Shown: positions 50,806-63,387 of the stretch, piece after piece
How the letters are laid out: the number at the start of each line of letters is the position of its first letter
How positions within the stretch are numbered: position 1 is the first letter of the stretch
Source of the DNA: Marsupella aquatica
Lineage: Eukaryota; Plantae; Marchantiophyta
Reading direction: 5' to 3'
Assembly: GCA_973895155.1 (NCBI GenBank)
Contig: OZ316895.1
Span: forward strand, 1,626,994-1,690,993
DNA: 64,000 nucleotides
The notes under the pieces: model-generated
What the model saw: the letters and a program-made list of their open reading frames with translations, nothing else
The model's database searches: none
What the model was told of the DNA's origin: nothing
Position numbers and translations under genes: made by a program

Positions 50806-52353
50806 TCACGATGGTTTGTTGTTGACATCTTCAACTCGAATGGATGCAGTTGGCTTATAATTGACTAGCAACACACCTCCTATGGTGATTACTCCACCGA
50901 AGAGCTGTAATGGGCTCAGCGTTTCGTTCAGACACAGGAACCCAAAGAGCGCTGCAAACATTGGGGTCAAGAAAGTGAGAGAACTCAGCTTGGTCAAACT
51001 TCCTCTGGTAGCATTGTAGAAGAAGATACCATAGCTGATTGCACTTCCACCCACAGAAGTATACAGGAGAGCAGACCAGTCGCTGACAGTCAAATCTTGA
51101 ATGTGACCATTGAGAGCAGGGTCTTGTTGAATTACTGCAAGTGCCAACAAGGGAATCCCACCCAATACGAGATGCCAACCCGTGGCCATGAAGGGATCTG
51201 AATATTGACAAACCCAGCGAACCATCACTGTGCCAACCGCCATGCTTTGGGCTGCAACAAGCATTCTCCATTCTCCACCCTCCCAAGAGGCCAATCCATT
51301 CAGTGTGGTACCATTCAGGAGAGAACTCCAATTTGAGCTGAATGCTATTGAGAAGAAGCTCTGCAAAGCATCCAAAGGTACCTCCAACAGGAAAAGTCCT
51401 GCTATGCCCAAAGCAAGGCCCATGTAGTTGGCCACACCCAAACTTTCTCCGAACAGAAGGGCTGCCAGGACGGCAACTGTCAAAGGCTGCGAATCGATTA
51501 TGACGCTCCCTAAACCAGCGCTGGTCCGCTTCAACCCCTCTACTAGGAAACCTTGGAAACATGCAGCATCGATGAGGCCAAAGAGAGCAATTGTCCACCA
51601 AGCCATAAGACCTGTCGGTTGCTTTTTTCCAGAGAACGCTCCATAGCCAACGAGAAGGAAACCTGCAGGAATGAGTCTCACGGCTGCCACAAACATGGGG
51701 CCGGCTTTCGGGAGCAACCCCTTCATGGCAACCATTGCAGTTCCCCAGAGAAAGAAAGGGCTAATGAGAACGAGAGTTTCTAGGATGCTATCCGGCCCCG
51801 CCACTGGAAATGGAACATCCTCATTGTGTTTCTGGTCTTCCACCTGTGACAAGAACGACTCCAAGTACTCATAAGATGAATCGTCGGAGTCTGCCTTGGA
51901 AGAAACAGGAGTTTCCTCAGAAAATCTTGCTGATCCATTCGTAGTTTCTGCGTCTCCATCGTCTCTTGAGCCCACAAGCTCTGGGTCACGTGCAATTTTA
52001 TCGTTAGCACTACTTCCGATTCTGCCCAAGCGTGAGTGTCGGGAAGAGTGTGTTGTATAAAATAACTCTGATAAATAATCTTGCTCCCCTCGGAAGAAAG
52101 AACATCGTCCCTTCAATGAAGAAAAAGAATCGAGGCGGCGGCATTGGTGGATGCAAAAGAGCGCCTCACTGTGAGATGGGCGAGCTAATAGATTTCTGGA
52201 AACTGTGACTACATAAGAGGAATTGGGAAGCGAAGCGAATGAAGAATTTGTCGAAGACCGAACACCAAATTGGGCAAGTGAGAGCAAACAATTAATTCCA
52301 CCACCTCTATAAGTTGGGGCACTAGTAATCAAAACTGATGACTGGTAAGCCAT
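50806..52353 (-). CDS. Plastid EamA/DMT transporter (WAT1-related, At3g02690-like), intronless CDS
   Basis: Transit peptide, then LISPFFLWGTAMVAMK, FQGFLVEGLKRTSAGLGSVIIDSQPLTVA, MLVAAQSMAVGTV, GSAISYGIFFYNATRGSLTKLSSLTFLTPMFA. Probable 5' UTR intron at about 52397-53165. Confidence 0.92.
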   Translation of the reverse strand: MAYQSSVLITSAPTYRGGGINCLLSLAQFGVRSSTNSSFASLPNSSYVVTVSRNLLARPSHSEALFCIHQCRRLDSFSSLKGRCSFFRGEQDYLSELFYTTHSSRHSRLGRIGSSANDKIARDPELVGSRDDGDAETTNGSARFSEETPVSSKADSDDSSYEYLESFLSQVEDQKHNEDVPFPVAGPDSILETLVLISPFFLWGTAMVAMKGLLPKAGPMFVAAVRLIPAGFLLVGYGAFSGKKQPTGLMAWWTIALFGLIDAACFQGFLVEGLKRTSAGLGSVIIDSQPLTVAVLAALLFGESLGVANYMGLALGIAGLFLLEVPLDALQSFFSIAFSSNWSSLLNGTTLNGLASWEGGEWRMLVAAQSMAVGTVMVRWVCQYSDPFMATGWHLVLGGIPLLALAVIQQDPALNGHIQDLTVSDWSALLYTSVGGSAISYGIFFYNATRGSLTKLSSLTFLTPMFAALFGFLCLNETLSPLQLFGGVITIGGVLLVNYKPTASIRVEDVNNKPS

Positions 52354-53568
52354 TATGAAGAGCCCTTAGCAAAGGTTGAAGATTCCACACTGCGAACCTG
52401 CCAGAAATTATGGACACATATTAACTGGGTACCGTCTCAAGAATTTGTTTGGAAACCCTTCATGCCATTCTTCTAAACACAAAGTCATGGACGGTGATAA
52501 TCGTCTCACTCCTCCAGCTCAAATTGAAAGCCTCGAACCTCAAGCTTTTCGGTAGACCCCTACAACATGTTATGCGCTCCAATCTCTTCGCTTGTCATCG
52601 CTGCTGACCTCCTCAAAGACTCCACCTGATTTAATGACTCCGACGATATGTTCATTGTTCTCAAACATGACTGCAGCAGGATGGTCATGTCATGTGGTCA
52701 CAGTGGAACGCCAACCCCCAAAACTCAGACACCGAATTTGGGTCACAAAACTTGATTATTTTGCTGCCACAAACCAATTCGAAGCATTTACACCAACGTT
52801 GAGTGGCAATGAATCTCCGTCCTCAAGCCAACCCCCACTTAATTTCCTGTATGCCATCAACCCGCCTCGATCCTAAAAAGCTTTCCGACTTCCAATCATC
52901 TGAATACTGTCATCCAGGAGAAACTTGCCGACGCGACTTCCGTTCGACCGCCATGCCATCCCGAGCTGACTAATTCGTGAAAATCCTGAATTTACGCCCG
53001 GCAAGGCATCAGGAATCGAGCGGATTCGCCATTTCTAGAGCTGCAAGGAAAATAGCTAGCATGCTTGCGCTCTTGCTGCTGGTCGACACGTCTCTCCCAG
53101 GAACGGCAATCCATGATCGAGTCTACTCAACATGCAGAGACTCCAGCCTCTCTCCATCTACTGACCTCAGAAGCTTTTTCTGATAGATGCACAGCACCAA
53201 ATCTGTGAGCGAGAAAAGGAGAGAGAGAGAGAGAGAAAGTGGATGACATAGATATATTGACGGAGAGCGAGGCGAGGAATGGCTGAAACGAAAATACCGC
53301 AGGATTCAATTTTCTGTCGCTCACAGGACATGGGAAGTCCGCATCCACAGGGGACGAACGAAGGCCGTTCGATTTCGCAACTTGATATTGAATTCGCAAC
53401 TTCATTCGTGGTCCACGTTCTGGTGTTGGAGCTCGAGTGGGGACCTCAAAAACTTTAGGATTCAACCAAGTGGCTCAGGTCAGTTGGGTGGGGGATTAGC
53501 CCAGCTCCAATCCCCCCTCCACAGGGTATATGTGTGTGGGTAGGATGGGTTAATTTTGCCGGTAGTGG

Positions 53569-53730
53569 GTGCGAGCTATGATTATCTACTCGGCCCCTGG
53601 TGGTCCACTTTGTGGCCTGGATTTAATTCTCTCTCTCACTCTTGGTGCGCGAGCTATGATTATCGATCTACTCGGCCCCTGGTTGTCCACTTTGTGGCAT
53701 GGATATAATTCTCTCTCTCACTCTTGGTGC
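53569..53730. repeat. About 80-bp tandem duplication
   Basis: GCGAGCTATGATTATC...TACTCGGCCCCTGG...TCTCTCTCACTCTTGGTGC occurs twice. Confidence 0.9.
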
Positions 53731-55083
53731 AGTCCCTGTCTGATCAGTGTGGGCTCACCCTGAAATGGGTTCCCTACAATCAATGTATGTCACTATTAGG
53801 GTGTGTCAAAGCATCACTATAACTCAGTTACAACTCATGACATAAAATGTTATTAGGGCCAGGACAAAATTGCTATGGGCTACCATAAGGGTGGTACGTC
53901 CAAAAAAATTAAGCTCTAACACGGGAGAAGTTAACTTGACTCGCCTTATTGGGGTGGAGAGAAACTACTTAGTGTTCTTTCTCATTTCCATTCAAGGTTC
54001 CAAAAAAACTTTAGAATCGTAGTTGGGGATTTTTTATTCTTTTAAAGTTAGGTAAAATCTGTGAAACCCCACAAAAAGGGAACAGGCAGTCACAATTTGA
54101 ACACTAGACCTATGAATCTCAACGCAAGTGAGCTATCGCATAACCATGCCTCTCTGGGCATCTTAGGGAATTAAAGCTCCCATGGATCACAATGTTTCAC
54201 AACATGTTAGGATGAAGTTAACAAGATGTTAGGAAGTACTATCACAACCCACATAGACCATTCTAAAACACAAACACAATAAATAGCATCTTTCCTTTAT
54301 GTAAATATTCATTTCATTGGATGTCAGAATGTGCTTGGTCTCATAGATGTTAGGAATTGACTCAAGTTCTCGAGTTCAGGTAGTCTGGCCTTACTAGGGC
54401 TAGTTAACCCTTGATTACATAATGATAAGATCTGCTTAGTTTAGACCCACACATTTAAACTAAGCCACAATAGGCGGAGGAAGGGAGGGGGAAACGGGGA
54501 GTGAGGGAGGGGGAAATGGGTGGGCCTCGGCAAGGTGTGCAAGGGGAGAGGAGAGGTAAGTTGGAAGGAGGGTGATGGAGAGAGTTCTCAGTACAGGCGA
54601 GGGGCCAAAATGGGTCATTTGCGGGACGGCTTTGTTTGGGCCAGCGACGGGAGCGGGAGGGCTTTGTTCGGGCCGGCGACGGGAGCGGGATGGCTCCGTT
54701 CGGGCCGGCAATGGGAGTGCCTCAATGGGGAAGGGGTAGAGGGGCAGGGCTTAGCCCGGACTGTTAGGATTTACTCTTAGGTCTAGAGTTACCACTGTAC
54801 CGTAGTTAAGGCTAACCTTAGTCGTAGACTTGGTTAGGTTAGTCATGTTGTGCACACTCTATAACCAAGCGGTGTTTCCTTGGTGAGTGGGAACTCAGGC
54901 TCATTGTTACGGAGCTAGTTGAGAGATAGAGAGAGCTTGCGCTGTGGATGCTTGGAATGGCGATCGGCCTAGAGTGCAGTAAAGCTCTCATGTGGAGGTG
55001 AACAACGTATCTCTCTGTGTCGACTCTTGTGCGTTGGATGGTTCATGGGCTTGCCGTTGCGATTGTTGTCTATGCTCAACAAA

Positions 55084-55095
55084 TGGTATCAGAGC
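55084..55095 (+). promoter_or_regulatory. Primer-binding site complementary to initiator tRNA-Met
   Basis: TGGTATCAGAGC begins 2 nt after the LTR end CA. Confidence 0.9.
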
Positions 55096-57531
55096 ATGTC
55101 TGGGAGGTGACGAGGTTTTTTCGTGACGGTTTTCCAGCGTTCATTGTTGGTGTTGCATTCGGGGTTTCGTCGCATGAAACTCGAATGTGTGTGGCTGAGC
55201 GAATAGGTTAGTGAGAGGACTTTCTAACGGTGGTTAGAACTCGCTGATCGGTATCCGTGGTGCGGAGGAATTGAAGTTTGCGTCGTTCAGGGTTTATTCG
55301 TGTTCGACGGGATTTCGGGAGAGAGAGCAGAGATTTTTTTTTCAACAGTGTGAGTTGTGCCGTGCGGGAGGCATCGCATGTTATAGCTCAAGTTGAAGGT
55401 TGAAGCGAGCTGGTCGTTTTGGTACCTGGTTTGCTGCCGTTTGTGGAGCGAGTGCGTCGTGACGAGTGAAAGTTGAGTTCTGGTTTTTTGACAAGCTATG
55501 GTGCTTGTTTTTCCCTGAACCGGATTACTTGTCGTGACGCTTGACTCGGAGGAAGAAACGCGAAGTGCTGAGGCTCAACGGAGAGATCGTGGTGAGGCGA
55601 TCATTTTGAGTCCGAGATTGGCCCTTGACGCGGAGAGAGTAAGACACGGCGGAGGTTTTCTCTTCTCTGGTGGAGCAGCAGACGTGCCGGTGCAATTTGG
55701 CAACATTATGTCGGCGGTCATCACTTTTCTCATTGGAAACCGAAGCGGAGGCACCTGAGGTTTGTAACACGGCCTTTGTGTCATTTTTTGGCACATTTTA
55801 AGGTTAGTTTAGGGCATTGTTTTGCCCCCATATGGCCTGTATACCTTCAAATCCCGACAAACCTACTTTGCCATATGCCCCGACGCGCGCCCTGGCCTCC
55901 CACACCCCTTTAAGCGCAAAAATGTGCTTTTTCTGGTGAAAATACACCCCAAAACGCCCTTATATGGCCCGAATACACAGAAATACGCGTGTTTTGACCC
56001 CTTTAAACCTGCTTTTTCACATTTTTTGGCAGTTTATAGGCGATTCTAGTCGCGAATATGTGCGCCTTTTCCAGGGGCTTTAAGACCCCTTTAAAGTGTT
56101 TTTTTCTGATTTATTTTTTTCTCCTCCTCCTCCTCATTGGTTGTGCCGCATCTCGGGCCCTGTGACCCTCCATTTTAACCGCTTAGACAGGGGGAACGGC
56201 CCCCTGTGAGACCTGTCGGACTGTGCGGGAATATTCCCAAAAAACAGAGAGTTGTTTTTCGGCCATCCGACAAAGATTCCATCCACCGAACTGTTACTTT
56301 TTTGGTTCTTTTTCGGTGAGGTCGTAGTTATTGAAGTTGGCAACGCGGCGCAACGATCACATTGCGATTCCGACGATGAGTTGTACTTGGTATTTCGGTT
56401 ATTCCTTGAGGTGGTCAAAACGGGGGAGTTTCCCAAGGTTTTACCCACCCCGACCGAAATTTGAATAACTTTTCCGTCAAATTTTGATTTTGATTTCGGT
56501 TTTCAGTATTGGACTCCTAGCTTCGTGGGCTACGCGGCGGTGTTGAGTTTCAAGTTTTTTGAGAAAGTGTGAAAAACGACATTTTTTGTGATTTTCTCAT
56601 ATGAGTTATTCGCAGGAGTTTTTCAAAGACGTGGAACTTGAAGCACGAGGATCACCGCGGCGGTTTGAGGTGCAGAGAGAGGAGCAAGAGGAAGAGCACG
56701 TGACACCGATACCATCACCGGTGCGCGCGTGTGGTGGAGGAAGCAGTACTACTACCGGAGCTCACAGTAGTGCCAAAGAAGAAGATGGGGACTTTCAAGC
56801 TTGGGGGACCCAAGTATGAAGTGACAAAGTATGATGAACGCTCTGACTACTTGCTATGGGAGAAGCACGTGAAGGGAGTGCTCTAAGCGTCAGGGATGGG
56901 CCAACTGCTGAGCCCTCGTGAAGACGATGTTGATGAGAAACAATGGGACCGCATGCAGGAGCAGGGAGTGTGGTGTGTTACACTCTATCTCATGCCTCTC
57001 ATCATCAAGCAGTTGGGTGCACATAAGGATTGCATGTCCTTGTTTGCGGAATTGCAGAGCAAGTATCATCGCAAGGAGTTGTCGAACCGGCTCTACACTT
57101 CCTACAAACTGATGAGTTTCAGGATGAAGGAATCCGGTACAAAGTTACAAGACCATGTGGATGCTTTCAACGACATGGTTGTTGACTTGGAAAATCTTGG
57201 GGAGACTTTGAATGATGAGACGAAGGCTCTGCAGCTTCTCAGTTCATTGCCTCCATCTTACCAATCCTTATCACGAGTGTTGTTGCATCGTGATAGGGAT
57301 ACCATTTCATACAATGACGTGGTAAGTTCTCTGCTTAATGATGATCTTCAGCAGAAGATGCACATCACGTCACAACCTTCATCATCTGGTGCTGCCCTCA
57401 ATGTTAGCCGTGGGAGGAGTATGTAGCGACCAACTGGGGACCGTAGAACCCAATTTAGATCTAAATCCAGATCTAAGTCCAGGGGTAAATCCCCTCAGAG
57501 GAGGCAGGTGACATGTTGGAAGTGCAACCAA

Positions 57532-59466
57532 CACTAGTACATATTTAGCTGATTTCCGATGCTCAATTTTTGCAAACAATCGGCGTCCGATTCTTTTAGA
57601 ATTGGAAATTCCCATTATCACAAAATGGCAATATGCCATACTCTCGGATTCGGATATCTTCATTTCCGATGTAATTAACAACGGAACCTTTCCGATGTGG
57701 TAAAAAACGGATCATATCCGTTACAAAATATATCGGATCCCCTAACAAAAAATTCGGGAAAAAATTTGATTGATATGTCCAATGTTTTTTGTAACAGAAA
57801 TGATGTGCGTTTCAATATTGATCGGAAAATTTCCGTAGTTGATAAAAACGGATATTATATCCGATTGTGGTAAAATGGCAAAGTCCAATGTTGAGAGAAT
57901 GGGAAAGTCCGATGCTGCGAGAATGGGAAAGTCCGATGCTGGGAGAATGGGAAATTTTCATTTTGGCAAAACGACAAATTCCTATTGTGTTAGTGGGGCA
58001 TGTAGTTGCACCGACATACTCTTCCTAGAAAAGAGGATACAATCATTCTTGCATGTTTGAATGACTTCATACTTGAGGCAAATGGACTTAATTGAATGTT
58101 GTTCTTGCCTCCTTCCAAGACCCCAAAATATTGTTCCTTTTTGGCAATATTTGCTCAACATGCAAAATCAAAATTATCATCTAAAAGGAAATTGCTTGTC
58201 CCATGTAGTCTTTGTTGCAAGTCCAACAACAACATAGTTGATGAAAGATGAGACAATCAGGAGCTGCCCTTGACGCCAAGGCTTTGGAAGGACCAAAATA
58301 TTAATCTTCCATAACTAATAAACTATAATGATCTCATGTCAAGTTGGATGGAGGAGGGCTTTACTATTCACGAATGACCCCAAATTTCTATTGATTGCTC
58401 CAAGGGAATGTAAGAGGGTAATCGTAATTATAGATCACTCGATGCAAACATGCAATATCATGATAGAGCAAAACTGGGATTTATTAGTCTAATGCCACAC
58501 TTTTGTGGCATAATCACTACATTGCCACTCTTTTTCTTGTATTTATCACTCTGCCTCTCGTTTGAGTCATTGGTTAAGAAAAGTAATTCAGGTTAACTAC
58601 CTAAGATCCGTCGTTGAGATTTCTTTTGGTCTTCCCATTGGATGGTCGTCGCTTCCCTCACGGTTACATTTTGAACCCTTAGTATAGTTTGCGGAGGGGT
58701 GGGTCGGCTAATCCATTTCTCCTCCCCTCCATTTCTCTATCATCATAGTCGAGGCGCATTGGCTGCGTCTTTGCTCCACCCTTGCCACTATCGTTGCATC
58801 CTCATTTCCCGGCCCGAGTTGTGTTGTCGTTGACCCTGGCTGCCTCTAGCTTGGCTGGGGCTGCATTGTTGCATGTTTTCTGTTGGCCTCTCCTGACTCT
58901 GCCCATCTTAGGTCCAAATTATGGGTCTTAATAAATTTAGAAGTGTATAATATCCCTAAACACTCCAAGTCAAACAATAAAAGTGTTAAGCTTGCATGTA
59001 CATTGTGAGGGATAAGAACCACAAAGTTAAGCTCATGTTGGAGGAATAGCAATTGGGATGGGTGACCACTTAGTTGAGGAATGAAGAGTTGAAATATCAA
59101 AGGAGATGGGCACCTCGGTCATGGTTGCAAAATGAAAGTAAATATACAAAGGAAGAGATAGGTGACCTGAGCACCCCGCGTCCGCTCCAATGTGTATCCC
59201 ATTTTCATTGTTTTGCTCTTTCCCATTCTCCCAGCATTGGACTTTCCTATTCTCTTAGCATTGGACTTTCCCATTCTCTTAGCATCGGACTTTCCCATTC
59301 TTTCAGCATCGGACTTTCCGATTTAAGTCCGATTGTCGATATCCGATACTTTTATCATGGCATGTTACGATGCCGGCAGAATTGGATGTATGGTTTTTTC
59401 ATATTTTGTTTTACAAAGACATCCGATGTGGAGAGAATCGGAAAAAGGAGGTAAAATGTACTAGTG
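57532..59466. mobile_element. Non-autonomous CACTA (En/Spm) element inserted in Copia gag
   Basis: TIRs CACTAGTACAT / ATGTACTAGTG; 3-bp TSD CAA (57529-57531 and 59467-59469); subterminal TCCGA/TCGGA motifs and inverted 24-bp tandem arrays (about 57880-57954 and 59218-59321). Confidence 0.93.
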
Positions 59467-61055
59467 CAAGTTGGACACTTCAAGCGAGACTGTAAGGGAA
59501 AAGCAGCGGAATCGTCATCGGCAAATGTGGCTAGGGCTGATGAAGAAGCTGATTTACTCAATGATGAGTATGTTTTATGAAGCTGGGGGTATGCCCTGTG
59601 CACGTCATCTAGGGTAGCAGATGATGTGTGGATTCTTGATTGTGCTTGCTCTTTTCATATTTGTTACATTCGTGAGTTTTTTAGTTCTTACTCTGTTTCA
59701 AACGGTTCAGTTCTGATGGGAAATGATCACTCCTGTCAAATTGAGGGAATTGGGTCTATGAAGATTCAAATGTTTGATAGCGCTGTGCGCACAGTGTCCG
59801 GAGTCAGGTATGTACCTGGCATGCGTAAGAATCTGATTTCACTTGGTGTGTTGGATTCAAATGGTCATCAATGGAGCGTTATTGATGGTGAACTTCAAGT
59901 CAGGTCGGGAGAGACAGTGATTTTGAAGGGGAGCAAACAAAAGAATTTGTATGTGTTACAGGGCAATACTGTATGTAAAGAGGCCAATGTAACCAAGTCT
60001 CACAAGAAGATGACTCAACTATGGCATTCACGGTTAGGCCACATGAGTGAGAAGGGTTTGGCTATCTTACGGAAGAATGGACTCATTTCTGATTTGCAAT
60101 CTTGTAAATTAGAGTTCTGTGAGCATTGCATTCTTGGAAAGCAGCATCGTCATGCTTTCGGTGTTGGAACTCATCGTTCCAAAGCGGTTCTTGAGTACAT
60201 ACATAGTGGCGTGTGGGGTCCATCCCCGACTCCCTCACATTCTGGAAAGTTGTACTATGTATCATTTATTGACGATTACTCAAGATTTGTGTGAATTTAT
60301 TTTATGACGCATAAATCTGATGTCTTATCCATTTTTAAGAAGTGGAAGGCCCAAGTGGAGAATCAGACTGAAAACACAGTCAAGTGTTTGGATACAACGG
60401 TGAAGAGTCTGAGGTCAAACAATGGCGGGGAGTACACTTCAATGGAATTTGAAGAGTACTGTTCAGAATAGGAGATAACTCGCCATCTCACCATAGTTTA
60501 TACTTCGCAGCAGAATGGTGTCGTTGAGAGGCTCAATCGGACACTATTGGAGCGGTCACGGAGTATGTTGAGCCAATCAGGTTTACCACAGGAATTTTGG
60601 GCAGAAGCTGTGAATACCGCAACTTATTTGGTAAATCTTTCTCTTTCTAGTGCTATCAATTTCAAAATGCCGTTTGAGATGCGCTATAAGCGGCAAACAG
60701 ACTATCATGGCTTGGTAGTTTTTGGAAGTGATGCATATGCTCTCACACCGAAGTAGAATAGGACCAAGTTGGATCCTACCTCCAAGAAATGTGTTTTTCT
60801 TGGGTACCAGAGTGGTGTGAAAGCCTATAGGCTATGGGATCCTATTGCCTGTAAGCTTGTTGTCAGTAGGGATGTTTCCTTCAATGAATCCAGATTATTG
60901 AAGGAGGGGGAGAATACTCAGATCTTCCGTACTAACAAAGGAAAATATCCTATCCCGGATCTCATTGAGGGGGAGATTGGTCATGAGGTGCATGACCGGA
61001 GAGAAGGAGTTGCTCCAATTATGGAGTTGGTTCGTGTGCTAGAGGAACCAGAGGA

Positions 61056-61352
61056 CTCGGGGGTCTCATTATATGGGGACCTCCCCATCGCCTGCGACGT
61101 TTTTAGGGCTCGGACCCCCTAAAATGTAAGAAAAAAAATTTATTTTTTAACCCCTATAAAGTTGGAATATTCTTGGAATATTCTAAAAATTGGATTAAAA
61201 AGGCCCTAATGTTCTTATAAGTCTCAAAATTGAATTTAAAAGACCCTATTGTTCTTCTACAAAAATTCTTAAGTCTTCCCTTAGAACCAATAAAATGACC
61301 CTATCCTTCGTCGCACGTGATATGCCATTTTTGTGGAAGTGAAACCCCCGAG
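61056..61352. mobile_element. 297-bp MITE inserted in Copia pol
   Basis: TIRs CTCGGGGGTCTCA / TGAAACCCCCGAG; 8-bp TSD CCAGAGGA / CCAAAGGA. Removal restores the reading EEPEEFIDAVEQQ. Confidence 0.85.
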
Positions 61353-63387
61353 CCAAAGGAGTTTATTGATGCTGTTGAGCAGCAAGTGGATGCTATTGAG
61401 CTTCAAATTGTACCAGCACACGCAGATCAACCGGAGTCATCGGCTAGAAGAACATCTGGTCGCACTGTACGCGCTCCACCAAGGTATGGACAGTGGGTTG
61501 ATTCATCTCAGTTGCAAGAGGAGGACTTTGTTACTGATGATGAGGGTGATGCGTTGATTTTGGAAGAAGGGGAACCTTCTTCATTTCATGAAGCAAGTGC
61601 TTCAAAGGAGAAGCAGGAGTGGACTGCAGCAATGCAAACGGAGATGCAGTCACTGAAGGACAACAAAACTTGGGAGCTTGTCAAGCTGTCTTAGGGACAG
61701 CAAGTGGTGGATAGCAAGTGGATATACAAGCTGAAGGATCAGTCCAAAGGAGGTGGATCGAAGGTCTACAAGGCTAGGTTGGTAGCCAAGGGATTCACAC
61801 AGTAAAAAGGTGTGGATTACAATGAGGTCTTCTCACCAGTTGCTAAGTACTCAACAATACGGCTATTGTGTGTGCTTGTTGTTATGTTTGGTCTGCTGCT
61901 AGATCAGATGGATGTTGTCACAACTTTCCTCTATGGCACCTTGGAAGAGGTGATCTTCATGAGACAGCCGCTAGGTTTTGTGAAGAAAGGGCAAGAGGAT
62001 TTGGTTTGTAGATTGCTGAGATCCTTGTACAGGTTGAAGCAGTCACCAAGACAGTGGAATAAGCGGTTTGATGATTGGATCCGTGCACAAGGCTTTCACA
62101 GGAGTGTGTTTGACCCATTTGTGTATCTTAAACCGGTGAAGAATGTTGTTTTTGGGTTCATTGTTTTAGTACTTTATGTGGATGACATGCTTATTGCGGC
62201 CAAGGATAGGTCTAAGATTATTAAGCTCAAGGCACTGCTTAGTGGAGAGTTTAAGATGAAAGACTTAGGGTCAGCCAAGAGAATTTTGGGTATGGAGATC
62301 ACTAGAGACTTGAAGGCTGGTAAGCTATGGTTGACGCAGAGCAGTTATGCGAGGAAGGTAATTGCAAGGTTCAACATGGGGGATAGCAAGCCAGTAAGTA
62401 CCCCGTTGGCTCCACACTTCAAGTTGTCATAAGCTTTCTGTCCTACGGATGACACAGAGAAGGGGTTGATGTCAAAGGTTCCGTATGACAAGGCAGTGGG
62501 GAGTCTCATATATTTGATGACTTGTACTAGACCTGATCTTGCCATGGCTATGGGCAAGGTGAGCAGGTACATGTCGAATCCAGGAAGGTACACTGGGAAG
62601 TAGTGAAGTGGATTATTCGGTATTTGAAGGGTACCGTGGATCATGGTCTACTGTTTGATGCACATGCTGATAATGCTAGATCATTGATGGGCTATGTAGA
62701 TGCTGACTATGCACAGGATTTGGATCGGAGGAGGTCAACAACAGGTTATGTGTTCACACTGGGAGGTGGATGCATAAGTTGGAGGTCTACCTTGCAGAAG
62801 TGTATTGCTCAGTCTACTACAGAAGCGGAGTATGTTGCAGCAGCGGAAGCAGCAAAGGAAGCGATTTGGTTGGATAGACTGATCACTGAGATGGGATTGC
62901 TACAGGGGAATGTGAAGCTCCATTGTGATAGTCAGAGTGCGCTTCACCTTGCTGTGAACCAGGTGATGGACAGCAGAGTGAAGCACATTGACATCAGGTA
63001 TCATTTTATCAGGCAAGCTGTGTCTGATAATATGTTTGAGCTAGTCAAGATTGACGTTAAACTCAACCCGGCTGACGCTTTTACCAAAGTGATTCCTTTG
63101 GAGAGTTTTTCTAGACACCGTGATGCGTTGCAGGGTTTGCAATTGCCTCACAAGTAGGGTTACTTAACATTTGTGTAGATACTGAGATATGCTCTTGCTC
63201 ATTCCTTGTATAGGCTACGGCTTAGTTCTGGTCTACTCTCGTATAAAGAGGGAAAAACCGGTTTGGTTTTTCTTTCCAGAACTTCCCGCTGAGCAATCAT
63301 ATTGGTAGCAGTCTTTACCCTCCACTAGACCAGAGTCAAGGGGGAGATTGTTAGGATTTACTCTTAGGTCTAGAGTTACGACTGTAC

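Larger units (their letters stand above)
54762..63387 (+). mobile_element. Decayed Ty1/Copia LTR retrotransposon, 3' LTR interrupted
   Basis: 5' LTR TGTTAGG...CTCAACA 54762-55081; PBS TGGTATCAGAGC 55084-55095; gag from 56601; protease WILDCACSFH; WHSRLGH..CEHC; integrase; RT LYVDDML; RNase H GYVDADYAQD to about 63156; PPT at about 63332-63347; 3' LTR from 63348. Many stops and frameshifts. Confidence 0.95.

Noticed and set aside
55760-56480. Possible further insertion in the long Copia leader (small hairpins, composition shift)
   Set aside because: I could not define TIRs or a TSD.
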